A stretch of 64,000 bases of DNA, from NCBI GenBank assembly GCA_003971905.1, contig RSEE01000013.1:806001-870000 (forward strand), read 5' to 3'. Source of the DNA: Moniliella sp. 'wahieum' (Eukaryota). The notes below the pieces were generated by a model. It saw only the letters and a list, made by a program, of their open reading frames with translations. It had not been told where the DNA came from and ran no database searches. Within the stretch, counting starts at the first letter, position 1, and every line of letters starts with the position of its first letter. This document shows, in pieces, positions 38,081 to 50,832 of this stretch. Both the position numbers and the translations under genes were made by a program.

Positions 38081-39185
38081 CGCGCAGAGTTTCTGTCTAT
38101 ACTGCCTACTGCTGTATAGATTGGATTATGTTTATTCCCCCTATTGTCCCCAGCATGGACGATGTGATTGCAGCTATAAACAAAGCTTTTTGGGTTCTTT
38201 TTGCTCTTCTTCGATCGTCATGTGAACCGATCTCTTAGGATATCCGTGGAGGAGTACGAGAATGATCGACAATGTTATTGTTACGCGTTAACCGTCAATG
38301 ATGCAAAGTGTAACATGTACAACAGCAGATAACACTTTCTAACTGAGAAAGTGGTAGTCCTCTCTATCCACAATGATTATAATGACGAAGAATTAAGGTG
38401 ATTAACCGGCCTGAGGCTGAAACCTGTGAGAGGCGCGCTGTCGCGGGACTGCTTGAATCTTGAAGCTTGAAGTTTGAAGCTTGACCACAGAGTGTGAGTA
38501 CTGATTATAGGCATATACTATGTGGCTGCGCATTTCTTTCCTATATCCCGTACCTGAAGAACTGTAAAAAGAGACGAGGCCATACATTACTCAGTCAATG
38601 TATCAAGCGACCGAAAGCCGATCAAGAAAAATCAAGCGCTGCCCTGAACGCCACGTTTTTGCTTACCACTGTTGGTAGTGTCTGACAATCAGGGGTCGAA
38701 GATCATGATCTCCATGTTATCAATCAGCGGTGAATCACCGTTTCCTGCCCTGCACTGTACGGCCGGCGGTATTCACTTCAGCGACTGCATTGATTGTATG
38801 GCGTTCTTTGTTGGGCTGTGGCATGCAATGACCAGTATGTATCGCCATCACCACCATTAACTTCGTCCTCGGGATCGCGTGACGAGTATACCTAGTATAA
38901 TGGGCACAGTGTGGCATGAAACATGGCATGCCCCCTCCCCCGCGCGCAGAGAAGGAATTACATATGCGGCTATACTCAGTACTCACAGTACTCTCATCAG
39001 TACTCAGTGAGTAATACTCAGTACTCACTTTATATATACGTCACTTCTATATATAGGTGAGTCCCTGACGCAGACGGGGGAGGAAGATTCATGCGCTCAA
39101 TATGTGCATCACATGCACATATTTCTCTTGGCCGGCATATGTTATCACGAGGAGACCACCGGGCCTACGGCCCGGTCTGCTGCGT

Positions 39186-39436
39186 CGCCACCGTAGCCAC
39201 CGTTCCCCCTTCGCCACCTTAGCCACCGTTCCACCGCCGTTCCGCGGTCCACCATTGCCACCTTAGCCACCGTTCCCCCCTTCCCCCTTGCCACCTTAGC
39301 CACCGTTCCACCGTTCCCCCGGTCCACCATTGCCACCTTAGCCACCGTTCCCCCCTTCGCCACCTTAGCCACCGTTCCACCGTTCCCCCGGTCCACCATT
39401 GCCACCTTAGCCACCGTTCCCCCTTCGCCACCGTAG
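39186..39436. repeat. compound minisatellite built from GCCACCTTAGCCACCGTTCC subunits
   Basis: Repeated CCACC(T/G)TAGCCACCGTTCC blocks alternating with GGTCCACCATTG and CCCTTCG linkers. Confidence 0.92.
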
Positions 39437-39555
39437 TTATAATATCACCGATACGCGCTGGCTGGGGTGGCTGGGGTGGCTGGCTGCGCCCCCGGTGGCT
39501 TACGCAATGCTGATGTAAAAGAGTGGTGCACACCCCGTTTGGGATTCTAATATAT

Positions 39556-39631
39556 CCCCTGCAAGATGAACGATTAGGTTTAGACGTAGCGTTCCCCCTG
39601 TCCCAGCCTTAAGCTCTGTCAATGAAATGGA
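39556..39631 (+). repeat. ~75-bp direct repeat, copy 1
   Basis: GCAAGATGAACG..GGTTTAGACGTAGCGTTCCCCCTGTCCCAGC..AAGCT.TGTCAATGA.ATGGA also at 42856-42930. Confidence 0.92.
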
Positions 39632-41306
39632 CGTGGTCTAGAGATGTCATGATCATGTCATCGATGTCATCGATGTCATCCCGACATGATGCACATGATG
39701 TGATCGACCTGATCACAATGTAATTATGCGCGCCCGTAACGCGTAACGAGGACTCTCCTCTTGATCTCGTGCGCCGCCGACAATAGTACTATATGAGCCA
39801 TGATGCCTGTGAGGCCTGAGGCGAAACAAGGGCATGTATGGCACAGTAGAGATTCGTTTTCTTTTTCTTTATGTGGGGGTTAGTATGTTTAGTACTTATA
39901 CTGTGGGAACTGACTATGCTATTAGCCAACACAAAGGGGAAAATATATGGAAAGGAACTAACGAACATTGAATTCGGAGAAACACGCCACTGTAGCTGGT
40001 CAGGCAAACCGACGGAGAGGGTCCGGCCTGGGATTTCCCGGACCCTCAGCTCAGCGATCAGGACTCAGTGTACTCAGTGGTCATTTCGGGAGAAAGGATC
40101 AATTGACCCTTGCATGGCTTAACCTCTGTGGGCGCTGAAGCTTGAAGCTTGACGCTCGAGCGCCAGAGTACCTGGATACATCCTGAAGGGAATCTCACTT
40201 GAAAATCTCACCATCAACCCATTATGATGAACATTGAACACGGTCATCTCATTCCCCAAAGTCCCTCTCGAATTTGGATGGCCGCCACTTTGTAGTATAT
40301 ACATAAACTATCTCGAATAATTAAGTAACCCTCAAGACAAGCCACAACTTATTCCCTTAGACCTCGCAGGCCTGACAGGAGGAGAAGGAGCCAGACGCTG
40401 CGGAAGAGCGCTAGAGGTTTAATAGGGGACGTGAAAAGATTAGTGGGGGTGTACCATGTAAGCCTTTGGATGGGCAATCAGAGCTACACAACGCGGTATA
40501 TATGTGCTGCTTTTGCATATAGATGGTTGTAGTGAGCAGAAACTTTAGAGGCGTGTAAAAAAGGCATGAATAAGGGAGAAAAGGGTACGATTATATCACT
40601 CCTATGATAGTCTACAGAGAGATAGAGCGCCGGTGTATTTGGTCTTCAAGAGGCCACATATAGAAAAGGCGCGCTGTCTCTGTCGTGACGTTAGTACAGC
40701 TTTCGCAGGAACAGTAGTGCAGTGTATAGACTCTCGATGTGTTGGGGAAAAAAAAAGAGATGGTGAATAGGCCTATAATATCAATGGAAAGCACCAGGTA
40801 ATAGTTAGAAACGAATCTAAGTGTCACAGTCGGGGCTAAGGCGAGGGAGACCAGAGAATCGGGACTATAGGCCAAGGGGTAGCAATTGTTCGTGGGGAAG
40901 GAGCAGAGCAGAGGACATGGTGCAAAGTGGAAGAAACAGGGGAGGAGCGAGACGCTTGAGACGAAGAAAGAAATAGGAGCGAGATCAGCTAAACTATGAC
41001 AATAAGCGTTGCCGAGACTGAGCACTGATACTGGAGTATATAGATGAGCGGTGCATCAGCCAAGGCTCTGGATGCAAACCAAGGGAATCAACACGATTAT
41101 TATGCTATATACGCACCACAGTCATGATGAGCACAGCTGCCACAAGTCTGGTCTTAGGATATAGCAGAGAGTGCGGGTTTTCGATGGTGGACAGTGGACA
41201 GTGGACGGAAGGGAGAGGGATTGTTGATGTCCGGATATGTTCGGCTGACGCGGCAATAATGACGAAGATTCATCAGGCCTCGAGCACGATCGTAACGGAC
41301 ACCTTT

Positions 41307-41542
41307 AATGATCCTGGCTACCCAGGGATGTCCGAAGTGCAGTCATGCATGGTAGAGAGAGAAGACAGGAGCTGATGGGTTGAACCCAGAATGGGGATCA
41401 GAAGGAGAAGGAAAAAGGAGGAGAAGGAGAAGAAGGAGAGTGGCACAAGACTACAGGTTGGGGATACTGGCGTAGTGCCCGGATGTGTAAGAGGGTTACG
41501 GTGACCTCGGAGGTGGCTGGCCCTTAGGACCCTAGTTAACCA
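41307..41542 (+). repeat. dispersed repeat, copy B
   Basis: Homologous to 17971-18201, same orientation. Confidence 0.88.
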
Positions 41543-41544
41543 CC

Positions 41545-42930
41545 TCTCGTCTCCACTCGGGCACGTCTACACACTTTTGTAAATGGAGAGACTTTATGAA
41601 GGGAAACATGTCTAAGTTTGATGGCATCACCCGCCAGGGACGCCTCTTACTATGGCGGCTCAGTACTCAGACCAAGCTGCGCCACCTGCTCCGCACCATG
41701 CAGATGGAAGGAGAGCTAGATGACGTGCTGGCCGAGATTGATGCCTTCATCTGTACGGATTCAGACGGATCCGGGGTGACGAGGATCCCCAAGGTGCCAA
41801 GGACGACCACTTCGACATGCTCATGAGCCTGCCTCTCCGAATGGGAGGATGTGGCAGCCCGCTTACTCGTATATCGCGCCCCACGCCCGTGCCGCGGCCA
41901 ACGAAGTCAACGACTATCTTATTACCACTTATGTTGACCGTTCGGGACCGCAGACGGCAACGGCCAACACATTTACGAAGCAACGCCAGCGCTGCCGCGA
42001 GATGTGGGAGCAAAGTCGACAGGAGCTGCTCCAGGCTGGACGCTGCCGCTGGTCGCCATGTGGTTGAGCATAGCAACCCGCTGAGCCACAACTGGCTCTC
42101 CGCCATTCGTCCGTCCGTACCTCAAGCTCTCTGACCAGCAGGTCCAGGTTGGTCTCCAGCTCCGCACACTGTGCCGCACCACGGGCAGCATGTGCAAGTG
42201 CGGTGTCATGTCCTCGCTGGAGCACATCATGTCTGGCACCCCCACCCAGGCCAAGTTTAGTGCGTTGCATGAGGCATGTGGGGCCCATTCTCCAGCTAAT
42301 ACGCTCCATCCCCGACACTCACGTCCGCAACGAACCTATGGTGTGGAGGACGAGGATGGGACGAGACGTGGACCGAGGGCACAGCGCCCGACTACCGCGT
42401 GAAGGGGCCTGGAGCACTGGGAGGGATCAGGAATGGAGGTGGACCACACGCTGCGCGACACGGGAACGCAAGACGCGCAGAGCGCGTACCGGCGGTGGTG
42501 CACGAGAGCACTGCGTCGCCTTTGGAACGCCGGGAGAAGGAACTGCTTCGGCTGCTTCACAAGCAGAATGCGACAAGAACGCCAAGTACCAGGGACGCAC
42601 TTAAAGCCGTTTTTTCCCCCTGGTTTTGACGCCGCCGAGGATACTACGGCACCAAGGCAGCGGGCAAGTTGTTTTGCGCATTGGAAGGAGTTGGCTACTA
42701 AGTCTCAGTGGAAAGGTTTTCTCTCTCGGATGTCAACCACGTTCATCCGTGTCCACACGCGCTTCCTAGGGTACGGGACCGGATGGCGAGAGCCGGAGGG
42801 TCCTGATATCCTGGCGATCCCCCTGGTTCCTTGACCTTAGTGCGCTTCCAAGTAACCCCCGCAAGATGAACGGTTCGGTTTAGACGTAGCGTTCCCCCTG
42901 TCCCAGCTTAAGCTGTGTCAATGATATGGA
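41545..42930 (+). mobile_element. 5'-truncated, degraded non-LTR retrotransposon with restriction-like endonuclease (CRE/Cnl1-like)
   Basis: Across frames: Q..LLLWR..KLRHLLRT, SLPLRMGGCG, WLSAI..LSDQQVQVGLQLRTL, CKCG..LEH, HVRNEP, EVDHT, ECDKNAKY. Confidence 0.75.
42856..42930 (+). repeat. ~75-bp direct repeat, copy 2 (directly 3' of the non-LTR ORF)
   Basis: Matches 39556-39631 with few differences. Confidence 0.92.
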
Positions 42931-44198
42931 TTCAAAGAGGAGTGTGTTCAAAAGACATCCAGACCCAACTTCAGCTTCATGACGCTGAAGCATTAAGGGC
43001 CATATTAGTTTGGTCGATCTCGCTCCCATTTCGAATTCTTCGTCCCGAGCGTCTCACTCTTTAGTTCTTTACCTTCACACCGTGCCCTATGCTCTTGCTT
43101 CTTACCCGCCAACGATTGCTACATTCCTTACCGATTGATACATTCCTTAACTTAGTCTCGATTCTGGCCTCCCTCACCGGTCACCTTCATGCCCTGCGAC
43201 TTGTGGTGGACCCGTAGCCATCACTAGCGAAAACGTACACCGCCTCTCTCTTGGTTCCCACTGCATCCCCACATCCACCACCGGAATCTCAATGCGAGAC
43301 GTTGGTTCGGCCAGTCGGGAACAAAGGTGGGGGGCAGCGAACATGCGAGCATTGAAGTGGGCCAAGAGTTGACTCTCTGTATTAGAAATTTGATCTTCTC
43401 GTTGCTACGCTTCTCTCTCCTTGGTACGTGTGGGACGGATGGGCAGAGGGCCGTGGTGTTCCGTATTCCCTCACTCTACCACCAGTTGTGCTCCACAGCC
43501 CACCGTTCCCTTCTTACCACTGTGCACAGCGTGCTATACGCGTATTTTCTGTCACATACATCGGATTCCTCCCTGCGTCCCGTCGTTACTTTCCGTCGTT
43601 ATTGGTAAGTATTGCACATCCCGTTGCTTCCCTGGAAGCCGACGTGAGGCAAGACCCAAAAAGTGGAGCAGAAGCGAGCAACAGGTGATGTGTGGGGGGA
43701 AAACCAACCTGAGAGCCAACTTTCCCCCCGACTCCCCACCCACCCTCGCTGGGAAGAAGAGTGTCAAAAAAGTAACGGATGGGTATGAGTGAAGAACGGG
43801 CGGGCAACAATCTATGTTACAGGTGTTGAACGTTTTGATGTGGCAGTTGATGAGAGCGATGAAATGATCGTTCCCAAGGTTGACGCTAAGCCGATATGGA
43901 TTGGATGAGACATGCCCCTCTGCGGCAAAGGTCTTCGTTACAATCCTGGCCTCGTGGTTGTTCTTTTTGTTAAGTCAACGGCCAACGTTCAAAATGGTTT
44001 TCATGAAACGCTGCGGCTATACATGAAGGGAACCGCGTCACGGATCGTTTCCATTTGACATGGCACCTCTGTCGGGTTGAACACTAACATCTTACAGAAG
44101 ATTTCACTCGATCTCACAAGCGTCGAAAGCTAAGTTTTTTATAGCTTCTGCTAAGCTTTCAGCTTCTATACTACTTTGAATACTAACACTGCTTGTTT

Positions 44199-44226
44199 AA
44201 CGTTGAACGTTGAACGTTGAACGTTG
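44199..44226. repeat. heptamer array (AACGTTG)4
   Basis: Four perfect copies. Confidence 0.95.
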
Positions 44227-45212
44227 ATCGGCCTTTCTTGGTAACACACCTATGTCTTTACCCTCTGTTGGTTCGCTACAATCACGCATCGTATACATCA
44301 CCTGCTATTATCTCTTCTTCGTGCATCTCGCGCCATCAACATCATAGATTATCGATTGAATCAGGAAAGGTTTACTTGAACGGATTGCCGGATGTGGTAT
44401 TTAAGCTTCTAGTTACCGGTAACCGGTAATCGGTAACCGGCAACCCCGTAATCAGATAGTTACTCGTTTTAGTAGTTACTAGTTACATGTTACAGGCCAC
44501 AGTCTTCGTTGTAAGAGTCTCTTGTGTCTTCTATGCACGATTCGCACAGTTACTGGTTAATATACAGTAGACCTAGTGGGCTGCATATATAGTTGAGGAG
44601 CGTATTAGTGGATGGCCAGTTCAGCGTGTCTGACGTCCAGGCCTGAGCCTTCGGCCTCAGGCCTTCTTGCCTTTCAGTTTAGGGAGTTGAGTGGTTACGG
44701 TAGTTGTAGGAACACGTACGATGGGGGAAGGGGGCATGTATAATGATATCTGAGAGAGGATTGCATTATGGGGGAGAGCGACAACAGAAGAATGTTGTAA
44801 CAAAAAAGCTATATACACCTCTCCCCCGTATAAGCGACTATTAGTAATAAGATTGGAAACTACAAGCACTTGTAGAGGAGAGAGAGAAGACGCTCACGAG
44901 GGAGAGCATGCCTCCCTATTGCTATCATGATAAATGGGGTCGTCTCTTCCCCGATCGATGCTGAAGATATCGAGAAGGGGATGGCCTGGACAGGCAGGTG
45001 CCATAATGGGGTACAGTGTCATATACATGCCTCTCGTCATGCGTGACGCATAACTCCATGGCCGCCTTTTTGTCTGTGGCGTACAGACGTTAGAAGTATT
45101 AATCGCGGTTCCGACGGGCATATAGTTCGACCTTTGCGGGGGCCTTGTGTTTCCACGGGCCATATATCCCTCTGCGGTGTTGAACGTGTTGAACGCTGAA
45201 TGTACGTTGAAC

Positions 45213-45260
45213 ACGTTGAACGTTGAACGTTGAACGTTGAACGTCGAAGCTTGAAGCTTG
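45213..45260. repeat. heptamer array AACGTTG switching to AAGCTTG
   Basis: Read directly from the sequence. Confidence 0.9.
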
Positions 45261-46590
45261 GAGGTAGAGTAAGTACGTACATGGTAAGGATACGAGTTGC
45301 CACGGATGTAGGCTCAGCCTGAGCGGCTCAGCGCTCATCCTAGCATGTATTACTTGATCAGTGAACAAGGGATGGTCATCGGTCATCTCTGCGTAGCGTA
45401 TTTGTAGTGTGTAGTGGCACGTCACGCGTCAATATTCAATGGCAATTGATGATGTATGATGCATGATAATCTACTCGTGCTGGAAGCTCTCTGGGGGTGG
45501 CGTTTGATTGCGGTGGCGGAGAGTGCTGGGGAGGTGCAGGCCAAGCGCAGAACTGAGATGGGATGGTCGACGGCCGATAGGACGGGAGGCATGTGCGTGT
45601 GCCAGTTAGGAATGTGTGTGGCCTGGCATAACGGAAAAGGGCGGTGCGTTTTCTTGTATAAAAGAGGTGGGCGGCCGGAAGAGAAGAGAGCACAGAGGAC
45701 TCGCGGTGCGTTATGCATTAAGCCGTCTCCTGCCGACCTGAGGCTTGAAGGCTTGAAGCTTGAAGCTTGAGCGGCCGCTGGATCGAGGTGCTGTGGAGGG
45801 GGCTGCGCCTGGCCCCGGTGGCGAGGCAAAAGCTACATACCGTGATGTGTGACATAACCTCTGACATGTGACATCTGAGATCTGACATGGGACATGGGAC
45901 ATGGGAAGCTGTGAGCGGCATTTGAATTCCATGCATGAGCATGATCATGAGCGCCATGAGCGCTGAGCCCTTCGGCCGGAAGAAGCTTAAGCAGCGGAAG
46001 CAGGAAGCTTGGACATCTTGAACCTTCAAAGCGCCAGGCACTCCGCCTGAGGCTCGTACTTGGCAGTGCTTTGGCACTGAGCCTGAGCGCACACGCCGAG
46101 TGCGCAACTGAACTGAACGTTCAGTACGTTCACGACGCGGCATGCCATCGCCCATCCAGGAAGCTTTGGCGCCTCCCAAGTAGGGCATCTGCCGCTGTAC
46201 GTACGGTGTGTCGCACGTGCCGGCTGACGTTTGTTTGTTTAGTGGCTGAGCACCACCCATCGACCCCATCGTCCATCCATCCCACACCACACCTGAGCCT
46301 CAGGCTGAGCGCAGCTTCAAGCAGAAGCACAGGTACTGAGTACTCCGTCCAGCGGCCGAGCACGATGTGCTGGACGCAAGGGCAGGACATGGCCCTGCAG
46401 GGCCTTGGCAGGGCAGCCCAACTGATATTGGATTTGACGCTGCACCAGCGCTATCGATTATCGGCCACCGGCCACCACATATGACAAAATGGGACGGCGG
46501 GTGCCCTGGTGCCCAGTACGCACGGTACTACACCAGCGTGCGCCAGTGGCGGCGGGCTGGTGGCCACCCGGTGGCGGTGTTCCAGCAGTG

Positions 46591-46667
46591 ACGCGTGACG
46601 CGTGACGCGTGACGAGTGACTAGTGATGCATGATGAATGATGAATGATGAATGATGCATGATGCATG
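46591..46667. repeat. 11 in-phase heptamers ANNNNTG
   Basis: ACGCGTG x3, ACGAGTG, ACTAGTG, ATGCATG, ATGAATG x3, ATGCATG x2. Confidence 0.95.
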
Positions 46668-48826
46668 ATGGTGCTCAGGTGGCCGGTGGGGCCGCACCAG
46701 CAGGCACTGGGTGGCGAGGCGGGGAAGCGCAGTAGGCGCCGTGGGCGGTGGGCGAAATGTGAGATCTGAGAAGATGTAAACAGGTCCGAGACAGATCAGG
46801 GCCCGTCGCCGGCAGGCGATCGGCACAGAAAACCGTCGGATGATCGATGAAGGGCACGTTGGGGCTGCTGTGGGGCTGATGCACTGATGGGGCTGATGCG
46901 CTGATGGGGCTGATGGGTCAGGCGCTTCGTACATACTCATCAACACACCCTCTCGCACTGTAGTCTCCCCCACCCAGCCAGTCTGCACCACGCAGTCCAG
47001 ACCTGTTGCGCACGCACGTTGCACCATCTGCACCCTGCTTCTCGACCAGAGCACTACATCTCACACATTTGGTGTGCAGCATTCGCCATGCGAGACAGCT
47101 CAGCGGTGAGCCCACCCATTTGCTCACCCTTCACCCTCTCAACCCAACGGCCAACGTTCGAAGCATCAACGTATACGGTTCAAAGAACTCTTCTCTCTCC
47201 ATCAAGCTCAAGCTTCGTCAACGCAACACCACCCCCCGAAACCTTCTCTATTTCCTTGCCCCCCCCCCTCCCCCCCCACCCACCCACATGCACCAAAAGA
47301 TGTGTTGACCCTGCGGCCCTGAAGAGTCTGCCTCAAGCTCCAAACCCTTCAAGCTTTGAACTGCTGGAGCTGCCGGCAGGCCTCTGGTACACAAGGTGGA
47401 TTAATTGGATTGGGGAAGCAACGGGCAAGTGTATAGTGTGCGTACTGTGTCTGTGGCCAAGTGGCCGAAAGCTCGGCGTGAGCGTGTGGCGTGAAGCGCG
47501 AAGCTTCAAGCCTAAGATCTAACTATCTTAGGGCAAAAGCTTAAAACAGGAGGTATAACCGGATAACCGGTAATCGCAGTAACTGGCGGATGGTGACGCG
47601 TGACGACGCGACGACGCACACCGCAATGCAGTCGGTGTGTGGCGGGCTGGGACTGCGAGATCTGAGACTGAGTACTAAAAGCCAATGATTAATGATTCAG
47701 ATTCATTATGCCGAAAGCAGTAGCCGGTGGAGTGGGAGGCAGAACAGGGCAGGGCACGCGAACAAGGCATTAGGCCTAAGGCCTTAGGTGAGAAGAGGTG
47801 TTAGGCAACTGGTCCTGGCTAGATGAAACGCTCCAGGCCTAGGAGCAGCGCTCAGCGCTCAGTATCTGGGCGCTCAGCCTACTAAGCACGTCAAAAGAAG
47901 GAAGGTGCGCAAGAGTGTTTTGGGGAGGGGGCTGGGCGCAGACATAAAGGTGGCGAAGCGTGCTCAGCTGGGCCTCAGCACTGAGACTCAGTAACTCGGT
48001 GCTGAGTTTACATGCTGTGACATGGGAGTTCACTGAGTGCGGACCGTGACGGTGAGGGGAGGTGGTACCGAGGGTACTGGCCCAGCCACTAATAAGCTGC
48101 CATAATGCATAATCCATAGGCCTTGGGCCTGCTAGGCCTTTTACGCCTTAGGCCTGAGCCTCAGGGAGGCACAGGTGTTGCTAAGCTGATGCGCGGATGG
48201 CTGATGCACCGGTGGGCGACAGACTGCTCCAGAATTTATGGGGCGCAACGCGGCTGGCACTGGGCGCACACAATGCATCACACACATGGGATACTGTGGC
48301 TACGTAGAGCCTCGTGCTACGTATGTGTCCACTGTGTTGACGGTACGTTGCCGGGCAACCACAGGTCTGCTGCGGACAGGGCAGAAAGCAGGCACCAGGG
48401 CAGCGGCCACGCATGGCCGCCCGCGGCGTCCCAAGTTCTCCGATTCCAGCACCCACAACCCACAACCCCAGGAGAAGACGGACGGCGGCGGAGGCTAACC
48501 TGGCGCCGCGCAATGGCACCTCGCACCTGGCAACTGCTCCCAGCAGCCAGCAAGCGCAGGCGGCTATATAGGTGCGGCTGCCAGTACCTCGGCCTTCTCT
48601 CTACCCCACCCCCCTCCGTCTCTCAGTTTCTTCTCTGCGGTTGCCCGGCACTTCTTCTTCTGCTCCACGCGGTGGCGCTCGGCCTGATATCCATCCATAC
48701 CCTCCCCCTCCCTCCCTGCCCAGGCCGTCCCACCCACACCCCCATACCTGCAGCACGACCCCCTCCCTTCCCCTTTTCTTTGTTTCCTTGATTCTCTCTT
48801 CCTTCCCTCCCCTTCTTTCTTTCGCC

Positions 48827-50832
48827 ATGACGACCGCCGCCATTTTTCCGGCCCCCACCGCCTTTACGCCTGCTGGGTATGGTACCATCTCCATCTCCAT
48901 CCCCCTCCCTCTCCGTTGCGCCTTTTGTGCACACTCTCACCCCGGCTTGTTTTGCCAGCTGTCTTCCCCTGGCACCCACGCCCCCCGACGCTGTGACGAC
49001 GCTTCGTCAGGCGCGGCAAGCCCCTCGTCGGACGGTCTGCAAAGCGAACTCGCTCAGCCCTCTGCGCCCCCATCACCCCCCGATACGACTCATAAGCCCT
49101 CGCGCTCTTCTCGCGGCGAGGGTGACGAATGGGCCCCGCGCCCTCCCAATGCTTGGATCCTCTACCGCAGCGATAAGAGCCAGGAGCTCAAGCGCCGCAA
49201 CCTCTCCAACCCCCAAGTCGACTCCATGAGCAGCCGGCAGCGCCAGGCTGAAATGTCGCGCGAGATCTCGGTTCTGTGGAAGAACGAGTCCAAGACCGTC
49301 AAGGACCTGTATGCGCGCCGCGCCGAAAAGAACGGGCAGATCATCGCCAGCGTTACCCCGTATGTTAACCCTCCCCTCCCCTCGCCCGAGCCTCCTACTT
49401 TAGTTTTTTGCCCCTTTTCCTCACTGTGTATGCTGACCGTCTTCTCTCCCCTGCCGCGCAGAACAAGTATCGCCCCAAGCGCCGGGCAGCCGAAGCGAGT
49501 AGGAGTATGTATGCACTGCGGCGTCACAGCTCCTTTGATCCTCTCCAGCTCTCAATTGCGAGAGAGACGGGGTCGATGAGCTCAGGCATGTTTGACCCGC
49601 GCGCTTCCTTGGCTGGCTACACCTCTACCACCCCTACGCCTCCGGCTCCGTCTCTGCACTTGGCAGCGCACGCGAGCCAACAGACCGGGCCGTACTATGT
49701 TCCTTCCTCCTCGGTCGGTTCCTCCTACACTGTCGCGAGTGTACCGGCTGGCCCACACATCGCTTCCACGGTCCAACTGCACCGTTCCACCGCATCTCCA
49801 CTTTCTTCGGCGCACTTGTTCCCCTCCGTGCCCCTTGCATATGCACCCGACTTGGCGCTTTCGGCCCCACCTACGACGGGCCCAGGCTCCAGCGTCGTTC
49901 CTACTTTTCCACGGCCGGTTTCCCAACCCGGTCTATCCTCTCGCCCCTTTTCCTTGGCTACGCCACACTCGCATGAATTTTACGTGACCTCCACCCCGCT
50001 GCCCCTCCTGGGCAAGCCCCGCTTGTCCTCCACCGACTCGTCCATATCGGACCTGGCGCCGTACACGTCAAGCAAGCTGGATCCCCCTTTTCTTCTACCG
50101 GGCTCCTCTCAGCCCCTGACGGCGGCGGCACCGTGCACGTTGCCTCTCAACACACCGCACCTGGATGCGCCTCTGTCCTTGCTGGATCCCTGGGGTAGCC
50201 TGGACCCCGTTGACCCAAACCCACTTTCCGCCCTAGCTTTCCGTCGCACGCCGATCCTCATCCTAATCCTAATCCTCATCCTTATTCCCATTCTCATTCC
50301 CATTCTTATTCTCACCACCCCCGCACCCGATCCAACCGAATGGGAAGGCCACTCGCCCCTCTCGGCTCCGCACACGCTACCCTCTACTACCTCACTGCCT
50401 CTCTTCCCGGCCGGGCTCGTCTTGTCGGATCCTGCGGACCAAGACGGGCCCCCGGTCTTTTCTTCTCCTTCTTCGCCTCTCACTACGTCTACTTCCTCCT
50501 GTTCGCCCCGCCGTCCGCGTGAGCTGTGCTTCTGCGTGGCTTGGTTTTCTCCTGCTTTTTTGCTTTTTTGCTCTCCACACTTGTCTCGCTTTTTGTCTTT
50601 TTTTTGCTCGTTCACGACCCCCCTCTTCTATGCTCGCATCTTGTTGGCCCAGGTTAATTTGTCTCCGTTCCACGGTCGTGCCGATCGATACACAGTTCAC
50701 CGTTCACCGTTCACCGTCCACCCTCCCCCTATGCCACATGCGCCCCTAATAATGCTGCTGTCAAGTCGCCGGAATCAAATGTATTCGCTCTGCCCTTCCT
50801 CGGGCTTTCCATACATGATGCGTCTTCTCTGA
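48827..50832 (+). CDS. HMG-box transcription factor (MATA_HMG/SOX type); intron ~49360-49461; true stop uncertain
   Basis: APRPPNAWILYRSD..QAEMSREISVLWKNES..KDLYARRAE..YP|NKYRPKR, then an S/P/T-rich tail. Confidence 0.88.

Noticed and set aside
39186..39436. Minisatellite as a CRISPR array or telomeric repeat
   Set aside because: Eukaryotic context, no unique spacers, no cas genes; CCTTAG is not tandem CCCTAA.
39931..39939. ACAAAGGGG resembling the Prf1 pheromone response element ACAAAGGGA
   Set aside because: Single imperfect copy ~9 kb from the HMG gene; expected by chance.
50250..50315. ILILILILIP apparent transmembrane segment in the HMG protein
   Set aside because: It is a hexamer microsatellite that reads HPNPNPHPYSHSHS in the adjacent frame, which is more plausible for a transcription factor.
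48827..50832. HMG-box gene as a mating-type locus
   Set aside because: Basidiomycete MAT loci use homeodomain and pheromone/receptor genes; none are seen here.
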